Below, piece after piece: positions 1-12,600 of a DNA stretch of 64,000 nucleotides. The notes beneath the pieces are model-generated. The model made no database searches, had not been told where the DNA came from, and saw only the letters and a program-made list of their open reading frames with translations. Position 1 is the stretch's first letter. Every line of letters starts with the position of its first letter. A program made the translations under genes and the position numbers. This stretch comes from Mytilus californianus (Eukaryota), in assembly GCF_021869535.1 (NCBI RefSeq), contig NW_026262679.1, forward strand, positions 31,310,001-31,374,000, read 5' to 3'.

Positions 1-479
1 TCTTTGTTTCATTGCAGATTAGAGATGTATGCCCTGTGTTTGCACTGAAGGTAAAAAAACACTTATAACTCAAAATATAAAACTAAAATAGGTACAATAC
101 TTTCCGGCCTGTTGATATATGATGTCATGTGCCAAATACATGCTTTTGCAACACTATTCTTGGCAGTAACATGTAAATTTGCTATAAATATATATGTCCA
201 AGACAAACAAATTGAACAAAATTGATTAAAAAAAAAAACTATTTAAAAAATTATGTTCACATGAAGACATTTTAGCCTGACCAAACAAGTTATCCTGATC
301 GATATCCAGACAGTCTTTCCTCTTACTCAATATCCCTTTATGTTATTGGAGAAGTAACAACCACCAATTTTATAGTCTTTACCCTTTGTTACGCTCTATA
401 TATTAAAATTGGCTTAGATGATGTGGCTGAATTTTTTCTAGAATTGAACTGAGACCTAAAATTTTTTTACTGTATTTAC

Positions 480-668
480 CATCTTTATTTTCTAATTCTG
501 CTGATTCTATAGTATTAACTTCAGGTAGAATTCTAGAGATCTGGTCCAGTTTAGACAATAAAGACATCAACTCATGCATCATGGGACTGACTTTCTCCAT
601 GGGCAGTAATAACAATGCATGTAACATATGAAATAGTATAGCTCCTGCTGGGGACTGATAAAGAATAT
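480..668 (-). CDS. HERC1: HERC1 coding exon 17
   Basis: [23 protein letters not shown]...[16 protein letters not shown]. Confidence 0.9.
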
Positions 669-3600
669 CTGGAAAAAAAAGCAAAATCAATGAAATGACA
701 TATAGGTAATTATTCTAAAAGAAAATCAAAATGAAATGTAAACTGAGCTTTAAAAGAAATACAATTATATGAATAAAAGGACACATGTACATCAATATGA
801 GTTTTTATGGACTTAAAAATCAAAATACACCCAAGGCCTTAGACCAAAGCCGTAGACCAAAGTCAGTTTGGGATCCTAATGTAAAAACAAGAGTGCACAT
901 GCAGAAATGTTTCACCTGTTTTCAGATATTCTGATTACTTTATCCATTTCCATATATATATATATCATTTTGTGTAACTTAGTGGGAGATTTCATTAAAA
1001 CCTGTACATCTACACTTTTAGAAAAAGAAAAAAAACGTTATTATCATAGTATAGATCAAAATTATTGAATATAATTATAATTCAAAAATTTACCTTCAAA
1101 AGAAGTTAAATAATAAATGATACCTTACCTTCAATAGTTGTTAGGAGCGAGGTTGACAAGTTATTATCAGAAATCAGCTGTTCTACTTTACTCAGGATGT
1201 TCTTTACAACAGGTAACATGAGAAATAAATGTTGGTGCAATAATTTCACTACTGGTGATATCTGTCAATTAAAAAAACAGAAAAATTACCAATCAATGAA
1301 GTTTATCACAGATATATTTTTCATGCCAATCTGTGAAGCAAATGATCAATTATCAATTGTATTTGAGATTTGCAGGTTAACTGCGACAGTACTGTTTAGA
1401 TTTTTTTGTCAGTAATTAGTTGATATAACTGTGCATTAACATTTCATGACAGTGCATTAACATTCTTAAATGCACAGATGTATTCATCAACACCTAGCAA
1501 AAAAATTTGAAAAAGGCCAACTTGAACTTGCAGAGAGTTTGGTATTTTGATCAGCGTTAAAGGCTTCACTGTGAATTTAAGAAGAAGAAAAGCAATAAAT
1601 GCACAGTTCCTTTACTACGGGTTTTGTCAAATGCATAGAGAATCTTTATGTCATAAGTAAATACAATGTATTCCTGCTTTTTCAGTATTTACTCTGCTCT
1701 CCGAATACATCTGTCCCGAATTTTAATAAAAGGTTTAATCAGTGACTGGAAAACTCCTGCTCTGTTCTTTATGACATTAAAAAACATGGATTGCTACAAC
1801 TTCAATGTATAAATCTATCCATCTTGGCAAACATCACAAATAGACATGCATACAAATTAAGTCAAGAAATTCTGTACTACATGTACTGTTGTCATCATTA
1901 TTATTCGTGAGGTACAAATTTTTTGGATTTCATTGGTAAAGGTAATCCATGAATTTAAATGTTCAAAAAAGTGTAATTTTTTTAAGAGCCTAGAATGCAG
2001 AGTTTGGCAAAAATGCACAAATTAAATATCCAGGAGTACACATAAATGAATTTTTTCACCAATTTTTAAAAAGAATCCAAATGCTTAAAAATCTTCACCT
2101 GCATATAATACATGTAAAATATCCAGTTTCTGTAATCTTTTTCAATAAAAGCAGTTAAGGTTAAGGTGAGCTGGAAAGAGTTTAAAGTTATCAATCTCTG
2201 GCTGGTAGAAGATCAAATATTTTTTAAGAATAACATTCTAATTGCTTTGGTTCAAGGTAAAAGTATAAGAAAAAAGAATTCAAACCATCTTGATTTATAT
2301 TCTGGAATAGCCCTGAAATACTTTAACAAATTTAAAATATACAAACCACTTGATGATCAGATGATCTGTTATAACAGAAAGCTAGGAGATGTTTATGTAA
2401 TGCAGACAGTAGAGTGTGTAGATGTGGTGGAGATTTATATTCAAAGGACTGGATGTCTGTAGCTTTATCTAAGTTTTTACCCAAATCATCAAGGGTCTGC
2501 TCCTGTTAAAAAACATAAATGTGTATCATTACTAAATATAAGAAATGTCTTTTAGACTGATGAGTCAACATTTAACTATTTTCTTAGGAATACTAAAGCA
2601 TTTCAACATTATTATTGTTTGATACTGTGGATTCATTATTACTTGTGGGATACCACTCTTCATGGATTTCGTGGGTAAATCTGAACCACAAATTTAAATG
2701 TTCAACAAAGTATAAATTCTGTATAGACTTGCATGCAGACTTCAGCAAAACCAAATATCCATAAATAAAAATTTCCTGTAATACACGAAAATATAAGAAT
2801 CCACAGTAGTTGAACAAGGGTCTTTATATAGACAGTAATAAAAAAGATCCAAAAACTTGCATGATTAATAAACTCTAAAGTGCTAAAATATATCTTGAAT
2901 AAATTTAGGAAAATATTTTACATAATTGACTTGATGAACATATTAAACTTCTAAAGGAGTAGGCCCAGTAAGACCCCTTTTTGGCCCCAAAATATAGCAG
3001 TTTTACAAAATTGTTAAAATGTAAATTTTTAACTATTTATTGGCTAGAAGAATACTTCTGTTACATAAATATGGGCTGTTTTTGACAATACAATGCACAT
3101 GTATCGGGTACTAGCATCATTAAGTCATGCTAAATTACTGAAATCTTCGAAATTTTAGCATTTTGGTTAATTTTTAGACGGTTTCCGTCTGAAATGGAAG
3201 TGGCCGCATTTGTGTTCATTCTTAATATTTAAATGTAAGTTGTATTTGATGATAATACATAACATATATAAAGGTTGAGAATGAACACGGATGCGGCCAC
3301 TTTCATTTTTGACAAAAACCATCTGAAAAGTGACATATTATAGCATATTTAAAAGATTTTTCATATTTAAGCTTGAATTTGAGCTTCAATAATGACTAAA
3401 TCAGTTCAAATCTTTCACATAAACTAATTGAATCGACTAAAGTAGACACTTAAGTGTTTAAAAAGTGTCCAAAATCTTTCATCAGATGAACCTGAATTTT
3501 GAGGCCAAAATCGGCCCTTACCGGACCTACTCCTTTCACATATTTCCTTTTTGCAAGACAACAAAAAAAAAATACTTTACTGTTTCATAAGCTAAGTTCC

Positions 3601-6600
3601 TGAGAACAGTCTTCATAAGTATTTCTGAGAGCTGTAAATCTGAGAGTTCTTTCTGGCTAGTACTACCACCTCCCATTCTGATATCTTGTGTATCACTAAA
3701 ACCAAGTAAGGTGGCTATATGGTTACTGTCTTGTAGACTTATTAATATAATTGTCAACTGCATTTTCTACAAAAGAAATTTTAAAATTAATGATATATTT
3801 GTTTTCTATTATCTAACAACTTTTATATACAATACAAACTGTCACTTATAGTGACATAGTTACTCAGTAACTGAACTAATTAGTTAAAAAATAAAATAAA
3901 AGGCCTTATCAAGACAAACCGTCATACACAACTAAATGAACGAGCAGTAATGATAAAATAGTTTTTTGTAGTTTTGAAACAAGGATGTTAGAAAACTATC
4001 TGAACACAAAGTTACTGACTGGATAAGAAGGAACTTCAATAGCAAATAAGCTTTTCTTTCATTAAATTAATTAAACTTTGTAATTTCGATTCAATATCAA
4101 AATGATTATTCTTGCATGCAATATTCTTTCATTTATTTTTTTAATATCATATAATTTCAAGACTTTACAAATTAATAAGCCATACATAATTAATCTTTCA
4201 AAATCCAACATAAAAATCACTAAAAAATTGTATTAACAGTAGTGTTTTAAATGACAAGAGTATTTACCTGTCCCAAAGATAAATCAGTCCATCTCTCCTG
4301 TCCTTTGGGTAGCAGTGAAAGAAGAAGTTCCATTCTTTCTCTAAGAGGTGGTAGCAGCAGAGGAGCTCCAACAGAAAGAGTTTCTGCAACAAGCTACAAA
4401 AAATAAAGGAAATACGTTAAAAAAAATTCGTAAGGGTTCCACGGAACCCAGTGTCTCACCTACTTTTGCTGTTAATCACAGGCTCAACAAAAATGAGGAA
4501 AAAAATTAATAAAAATATTCCTCTCTATACTATCTTTTGATTGTAAGTAGCTTCTGTCCAAGTTTGGTAAAAATCCAGGATAGTTTATGAATCTAATAAA
4601 TGTTTTAAAAACTTAAACTGCAGACTGTTATGTAATGTTAACTGGAAGAAAAACTAAGTCCATTTATAAGTAAAATATGGAAAAAATGGAACAAAATTTT
4701 ATCAAAATTTCGTTCTAGATACTAGCTTTTGAACATAAACAAGCTTTTGATCATAAAAAAAGCTTCTGTCCAAGTGTGGTACAAATCCAGGATAGTTTAA
4801 GAAAGTTGTTAAAATTTTAAAAACTTTAACCACAGAGTGAATGTAATGTTAACTGGCAGAAAAACTAAGTCCATCTATAAGTAAAATTCGGAAAAAATGG
4901 AACAAAATTTTAACAAAATTTCCTTTTAGATACTAGCTTTTAATCATAAACAAGCTTCTGTCCAAGTTTGGTACAAATCCAGGATAGTTTAAGAAAGTTG
5001 TTAAAATTTTAAAAACTTTAACCACAGAGTGAATGTAACGTTAACTGGCAGAAAAACTAAGTCCATTTATAAGTAAAATACGGAAAAAATGGAATTTTAT
5101 TTTTACAAAATTTACTTCTGGATACTATCTTATGATCATAAACAAGCTTCTAAATCCAAGTTTGGTACAAATCCAGGATAGTTTAAGAAAGTTATTAAAA
5201 TTTCAAAAACTTTAACCACAGAGTGAATGTAATGTTTCCTGGCAGAAAAACCAAGTCCATTTATAAGTAAAATACGGAAAAAATGGAATATTTTTTTTAC
5301 AAAATTTACTTTTGAATATTATCTTATGATCATAAACAAGCTTCTGTCCAAGTTTGGTAGAAATCCAGGATAGTTTAAGAAAGTTATTAAAATTTCAAAA
5401 ACTTTAACCACAGAGTGAATATTTGTGGACGCCGACGGAATGTAGGATCGCTGTCTCGCTTTTTTTCGACAAAAGTCGAAGGCTCGACAAAAAGTAGCCA
5501 GCTGTTTAAGCAAATGAGGGCGAAATTTGGGGTTAGAGTACATTGATTCTATTCTACAATGCATTTAATTTATTAAATTCTAATTGATTACTTCTTTCAT
5601 TTCTTAACACCATCAATTTAGTTTATATCTAAAACCAATGACTATATTTAAATGATACTTTCAGTGAATCTTTGGTATATATATTGGTATTTTTCCAAAT
5701 TACTTTGAGTTTATCATAGCAAAATATTTGATTCCCACCTTCTAAATTTCGATGAATCTTTCTTAGATTGTTTCTAACATAATGCTACACCATGCCCTTA
5801 AATTTTATTTTTGATATATCTAATTATAAACTCATCAACCTCAGGCTATTAAACAAATTATTTTTTCTTAAACCGAACACTTAGAATGACAAATAGTACC
5901 TCATGTATTGACTGTGGTAAGTTACTATCTATCAGCCTAAACAATAGGTTCCTTAGAGGTGAAGCTTGCTGTCCCAATAGAACATTGGTCATTCCTCCAG
6001 CTACAGCTAAGGACAGATGGGTACTTAACATCTTTAGGCATAACACTACAAAGTGATAGTGTTCTCTGAAATTAAAATATACATATTGGTTTTAAAAACA
6101 ATTTAAATTTCAATTATAATCACTAATCAAAAGTAAATTGATTAATTATTTAAGAAATTATTTATATGCATCTTTATATAATGTATTATGTGTGTGAACA
6201 ATTTTCATGTGACATGTGTTTGCTTGTGAAAATTGAAAACAAAGTTTTGAGAAGTAAAATAAACTCTTTTCAGACAAAATTATTGTTTACACTGATTTAC
6301 TTGCACCACATGCATTAATGGACATTCTATTTACTTTTGAATGATCTCTCGGTCTCTGCAAGATCCTGAATATTTCATTTTTTTTCGAAGTTGTGTTGTT
6401 GCCCTATCCAGAAAAAAACATTATTTATTCTGATATTTGTATTTTCTCTTTGCACTTATAAAATGTTTGTATGCAATGGCTGAAATACCATGTGAGGAAA
6501 TGCTTATCATTTAAAAGCTCATAACCAAATATCTTTTTATGTTTGACATAAAGATCACCCCTAGACCTGTCGGTGACTAAATCAAATCTAAATGGAATGC

Positions 6601-9600
6601 TTCATTATCCACTGTCCACCTATTAACAGGCTATTCTTAATTTGAATAGTGCCTTGAAAATCAAACTGAACTCTTTCACTTTCAAATTGACTGCTCATTG
6701 GTATGATTTATGCTCTGGATGATGCTATGAGTGTAAACTTACTGTTTTGTAGGAAATGGAGGGAGAGGTGAATCACTACTAAATCCTGTACAGAAATGTT
6801 CTAGGAATGATCTCATGGTAGAAAAAGTTGCTTCTTGTAAGTCTACACAGAATGGTCTGTGCCATGGTATAACATGTCTGTAATGGCAAATAACAAGAAT
6901 GGTGTAACATTTTAGTATTATGAAAACAATATCATTTGAATTAACTTACAAAAACAATGTCATTTGAATTAAATTACAAAACAATATCATTTGAATTAAC
7001 CTACAAAAACAATGTTACCTGAATTAACTTACAATAACAATGTCATCTGAATTAACCTTAATACAAAAACAATGTTATTTGAATTAACTTATAAAAAACA
7101 AGTGAAACTGCTAGCTACTGCTCACTGATGATACCCCCGCCGCAAGTGGATAATTTTAATAGTGTAAAAATATGTAAGTGTTCAGTAAACAGGAAGTTGT
7201 TGAGTGGTGAATCTGAAAACACATTACACAGTATAGCTGACTTATATAAAACCTGAAACCAAATTTCAGAAATCCTTATGATGTAGTTCCTGAGAAAGAT
7301 GCGAACTACTAATAAAAATATTCATGGGATTGATGGATGTTTTTTTAAAGTTGGGGTATAAAAAATCATCATTTGAAATTTAACTTTTAATGTAACAAAA
7401 CATGCATTCAATTGAGAGATATATTATCTATCAATTTATTTTAGTCAATTTATGACGATTCCCATTCAAATGCACATAACACTTTTTAAAGTTCACAGTA
7501 AATGTAATAATAGAAAGGCATTCTTTGGTAACAGTCACAAAATAATACAAAGTAATCTTATATTTTCAACATTGTGAGTGATTTTTTTAGGATCAATTTT
7601 GGTAGGAAATACTGTTAAAAAAACTTTCCAAGTCTACAGGTAAAATGCTTACACATGTTCTAAATTTTAAAATTTCATATGTTTCATTGCATAAATAGAG
7701 ATCAAAGAAACTTTTTCAGGGAAAAAACTATGCATATCTTTTTTTATTTCCCCACCTTTTTGTGATAAAAATTAATGATTCAATATCCAGTATTTTTATA
7801 TTTTGTCCTCCAAAGCTAATATTAGCAGATAGCTATTGTATTTTAAGCTTGGCCTACATAAAACTTTCCGTTTTAATTTTGCAAAGTGAGTTTAACTAGC
7901 GACATGTTGTTACAGACAGGTAATCTGTGGATTTAAAGTCCCTCAAAATATATGATGTTTTCCAATCAAAATCATCATTACAAATGATTTACGTAAGAAT
8001 TTACAATTTGAAATGGATGCCTAATTATTGTGATGTAAACAATACCTGTCAATAGGCAATGATGTCCATGCTACACTGTGAGACGTTCCAGCTGATATCT
8101 GATGAATATTTACACCATCTAGTCCTATCACTTTCCTTGGTCTAGTCAGTGGACTTTGCGCATGACCTTGTCCACACTGACCCATGGCATTATTACCCCA
8201 GGCATATACTTCATTGTCTGTAAAAAGTAAAAAATACAAAAAAAAATTTATGACGTTTTTAAAATAAAAAACATTAAAAATACAGTAATATGAAAATAAG
8301 AAGATATGGGGTTAATGTCAATGCGTCAGCAATCAAAAACACAAAAGTAACATAAATGACCACTAGAGGTCAATATACAGTGATCATTGATAAATACCAT
8401 AAATATTTCATAATGGGTAACTACATTGTGTGGTGTTCTCTTTTATCAATATTAATAATTCTGAAATAGAAAGTGCAGTTCTTTCTGTTTATGCATACTA
8501 TAATTATTTTTGTAATTGAAGAGTCCAAATCAATCCATAAGTATGGACACAGAACACTTGTTCTCATGCACATTTATCACATGTTCCGCCTATATAAGTT
8601 TCATGTATTTATTGTGTAAACAGGCCTTTCTTTAACCTTTTCAATGGTCAGCAGTACAGATGATGTGAATGACTTTATGTACCAGTTTTCCAATATAAAC
8701 TAATAACAACATACCATGAGATAAGGCCAAACAATGACTGTCTCCACAAACAATATCAATAATTCTTTTTGTCTGTAAATCTTCAACATTTCTTGGTCTC
8801 AAAGCTGTAAATTCTGCAGAACCACATCCTAAACAGGGACCACAACCCCAGGTATATAACTAAAAGACAAAACAGTTAAGTGTATTGCTTAGTAGAAAAT
8901 ATCAATTTAAATGAAAAGCATACATCTTCATATTTTGACCTAAAATTATATAAAACTACAAACTTTCTCATTTTAATTAACTGAAGAAATTACTACGCAA
9001 TCCTTAATCGTAATCTAAAGAAATATTTAAATTTTTTATTCTTTTTTTTTCTTCTTTTTTTTTGGTACTTTTTGTTTTTGTTCTGTGTCTGTATTTCAAC
9101 TAGGGTTCTTTCTCCTTAACATGTTCATCCTACTCTTCAAGAAAATAGCATCTTACATGGAATACTTAGAATTAATCAAATTAATTATACCTGTCCTGTT
9201 GATGACAGTGCCATGGAACACTGACTTGTACAGGCCACCTTCCTAATGTACAGTCCTACAAAAGCTTCTATTATCTTTGGTTTATATTGTCTATTGGTAT
9301 CCCCATGTCCTAGCTTACCTAAAATATTTATCATATCACTGCATTTTGTTTATTTAGTATCTGATTTATCAGGTATAAAATGAAGCAAATTACTTTTTGG
9401 AATTATGAAAAAAATTTGCCACACAAGTCATTTGATCAGTTTGAACTGTTAAGTCTTTTCAATTTATTTCTTTTGCACAATGCTGATAAAAAGTGTTAAC
9501 CAGTACTGTATTTGTCATGAAAAACAACTTCTCATGGATCTTGGGACACACAGCAGTGTGCATAATTCATTTTTTTCTGACTTTTTTCATTGGTAAATTG

Positions 9601-12600
9601 CAGTTTTTTTCTAATAATATCATGCAAATTTTTCATTCTGATTTGTTTTTTAATATATGTATTTATTATAATGTGATCATGATTTTTCTTCTTGTCAAAC
9701 AAATGATTACCATTATCACCACCTCCAAATGACCAGACATGTTTGCCATCTTGAGATACAGCCAGAGTATGTGAACTACCACATGTCACTTGTCCAACTG
9801 GTCCTATATCCTGAACTTTAGTAGGGAAATTCTTACTGTTACTATCACCATGACCTGTGAATAGACAAACAACAATTTTCTTTCCTATTAAGTAACTACA
9901 AAAATTTAAACTTATTTAAAGTCATACAAATATACAGTATTCCATGCATCTATCTTGATGTGATTTTTCATTTATATACAAAGTTACATAGCTGTCTTAC
10001 ACTAAATCATTATCTAAATACAAATATAACAGTCCAACAAAATGGATGATATGGGATTTTGTTTCAAGGTGTTTTCAAAATCTCCCTCTGGGTTTCAATC
10101 ATCCTCAGAAACATTTGCACTGTCAGCCTGATCCAGATAAATAGTTGTCCTTCCTTTAGAAGCAATGTAACAGATACACAATTCACCTCCCTAAATAACA
10201 AAACTTAGTTAACATGCCTTTATCTCCCTCCCAAATTATGTTGTCTCCAAAAGCACATAATTCTGCTTCCTCAGTAACACTTACCTAATCTACCATAGTC
10301 TCCTTCTCCCCATGTATAAAGTTCTCCTTCCTCAGTAACGGCAGCACTGTGTCTGTATCCAGCTGATATACACTTCACAACCTTAAATCATTATAAAGTT
10401 ATAATAAAGAGCTGCACCATGAGCACATGATACGCCCGCCGCCCTTATGCTTTAAATAAATTTATATGATCAACTAGAAATACTGTAAGCACTGCTCAAA
10501 AACACCCCATCCCCTCAAAAATAAAAAATACACACAGTGGTAGCCATTGACACAAAACATGAATAATTTTGACTATATAAAGGCTACATCAAGTTTAACT
10601 AAGTTTGTGGCCTCGATTTTTGAAAGAATAAAATTCTATAACAGTCCAAAGTGTGAAAAATGGACAGTAATAAAAGATATTTCAACGACAAATGTTCCAT
10701 AACTCCGCAATGTCATATCAGAAATTTATAAAAAAAACAAAAGGGAACTTAAGCCAATAAATATAAACATTTCACGTAAGTTCATGAAAATTGCTCAAAG
10801 CATTTTTGAGTTATAGGAACTTTGAACCACATCTTCCTATTTTTGATAGATATGATGAAATTTGACATGTTTTAGTTTTAAACTTTTATTGCTAATGGCC
10901 ATAGTGAAACAAGCAAGAAAATTTTGTAATGTACTAAGAAGTAAATATTTCACAATATCTACATTTAACTAAATATGTTTTGAAAACACCCTGCCTGCTG
11001 CCAAATAATACAAGGGCAGTAATTCAACATAGGTTAACCAAAACAAACACGAATTAGCATTATATATGCATGAACTTAAAATCAGTTCAACATCTAGAGG
11101 CATAATAAAGAAAGTCTGATAGGACACCTGAAGGATTATGGAAGAGCTGAATGACAGCAGTTTGGAATGACAAACATGAGACATTTATTACTGTAAATTC
11201 AGAAACTAATGCATGCATTTATTATTGCCAATCCTTGACCTTTGGCAAACATGTGAAATCAAATAAATGCTATTGAAAAAAAATAATTTATGACAGAATC
11301 ACTACTGGAATAATGAATGAGAGTTTTTATTATTGACATCCTGATGTTCTCGCATTTAATAATAAAAACATCACAATAATTTCTGAATTTACAGTAGCTA
11401 CTGAAGATAGTTTTTCACGAATCCAGAAACTTTCAAACTACAATAAAGTCAATAGAAGCAGAAGTATAAAGTCAATGATGTAAGGATTAGTTGCCCTATG
11501 CCAATATGCTCTTAATATTATCAATATCATAAATAATTACTTCTGAACATATTCAAAAAATTACAAACCTTTCCTGACAGCAAGCCTTGAATAACTTTTG
11601 GGCTTTTCTGTGTGGAACTTGTTCCATGACCTAATTTTCCATAATCACCTTGAAGAAGTAAACAAAAGAATTAATATTTCATTTTGAAAAAAAATGAAAC
11701 TAAAAACTTTAATCTGTTTGTTCTTTAATTAAAAATAATGTTAAAGGCTATTGCAGTGTTATGTAAAAGTATGTTTCTACAGTATGTCAGAACATAACAG
11801 GTAACATAAATATATATATTCATAAACAAATTAAATATCCATAAAAGGAGACAGTTCGTTTACTTTTAATTAATTACATTACGTGTATGTTTCATTATAA
11901 TACGTTATTTGATTGGGTAACAGCAATCTCGAGTCATTCCGAAATTAACCTCCATTTCAAAACGAAATGTAACATTCATGATGACACGAGCTTCCATAAT
12001 AAAGTGCACAGCTAAATAAAAGAAAAACTTGATAGAAATCGTGTTTTCATGATCCTAGCAAAAAAATGTAATTATAAGTATTGAATGCTTCTTTTAGAAA
12101 TTTTATAGAGTTGTAAAAGCGTTGACCGTGCCCACATTTTTAGAATGGAGCGCTTCCGTGCTTTTACACTCCAATAAATTTACAAAAAGAAGCATTCAAT
12201 TCTTACATAAAAGTATTTGAAAATAACGGTTTACATAATTCCTGTTATAAAACTCTATAAATATCATTGTGAAGGAAAAAACAGTTTTTTGTATTTGTCA
12301 AACAGTCTTGCTTGTGTTTCCCATCATAAACAGATAAAAATATCTCTCTTTCAAATACAAGCTATTATCTTGTATGACAACACAATTACCATCTCCCCAG
12401 CTGAAAACATCCCCTTCTGTTGTTAAAGATAGAGTATGACCATCAGATCCTTTAGATGACGTGATTCTCTTGATACATCTTTTAGGGTCAAAGGTTAACT
12501 TTTTAGGTACAGCTCTGTTATTTGAATCTCCAAGTCCTAGTCTTCCATAACTGCCCTTCCCACATGCACTGACAGATCCATCTGGGTGAATTATAAAAGA

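Noticed and set aside
18-50. Plus-strand micro-exon-like segment (TTGCAG|IRDVCPVFALK|GTAAAA) in a HERC1 intron
   Set aside because: Single 33-nt candidate at the window edge with no partner exons or recognisable protein
10030-10195. Acceptor-like site plus acidic reading on the minus strand between HERC1 exons 6 and 7
   Set aside because: In the required phase it hits a stop at once, it has no clear donor, and the flanking exons already join in frame
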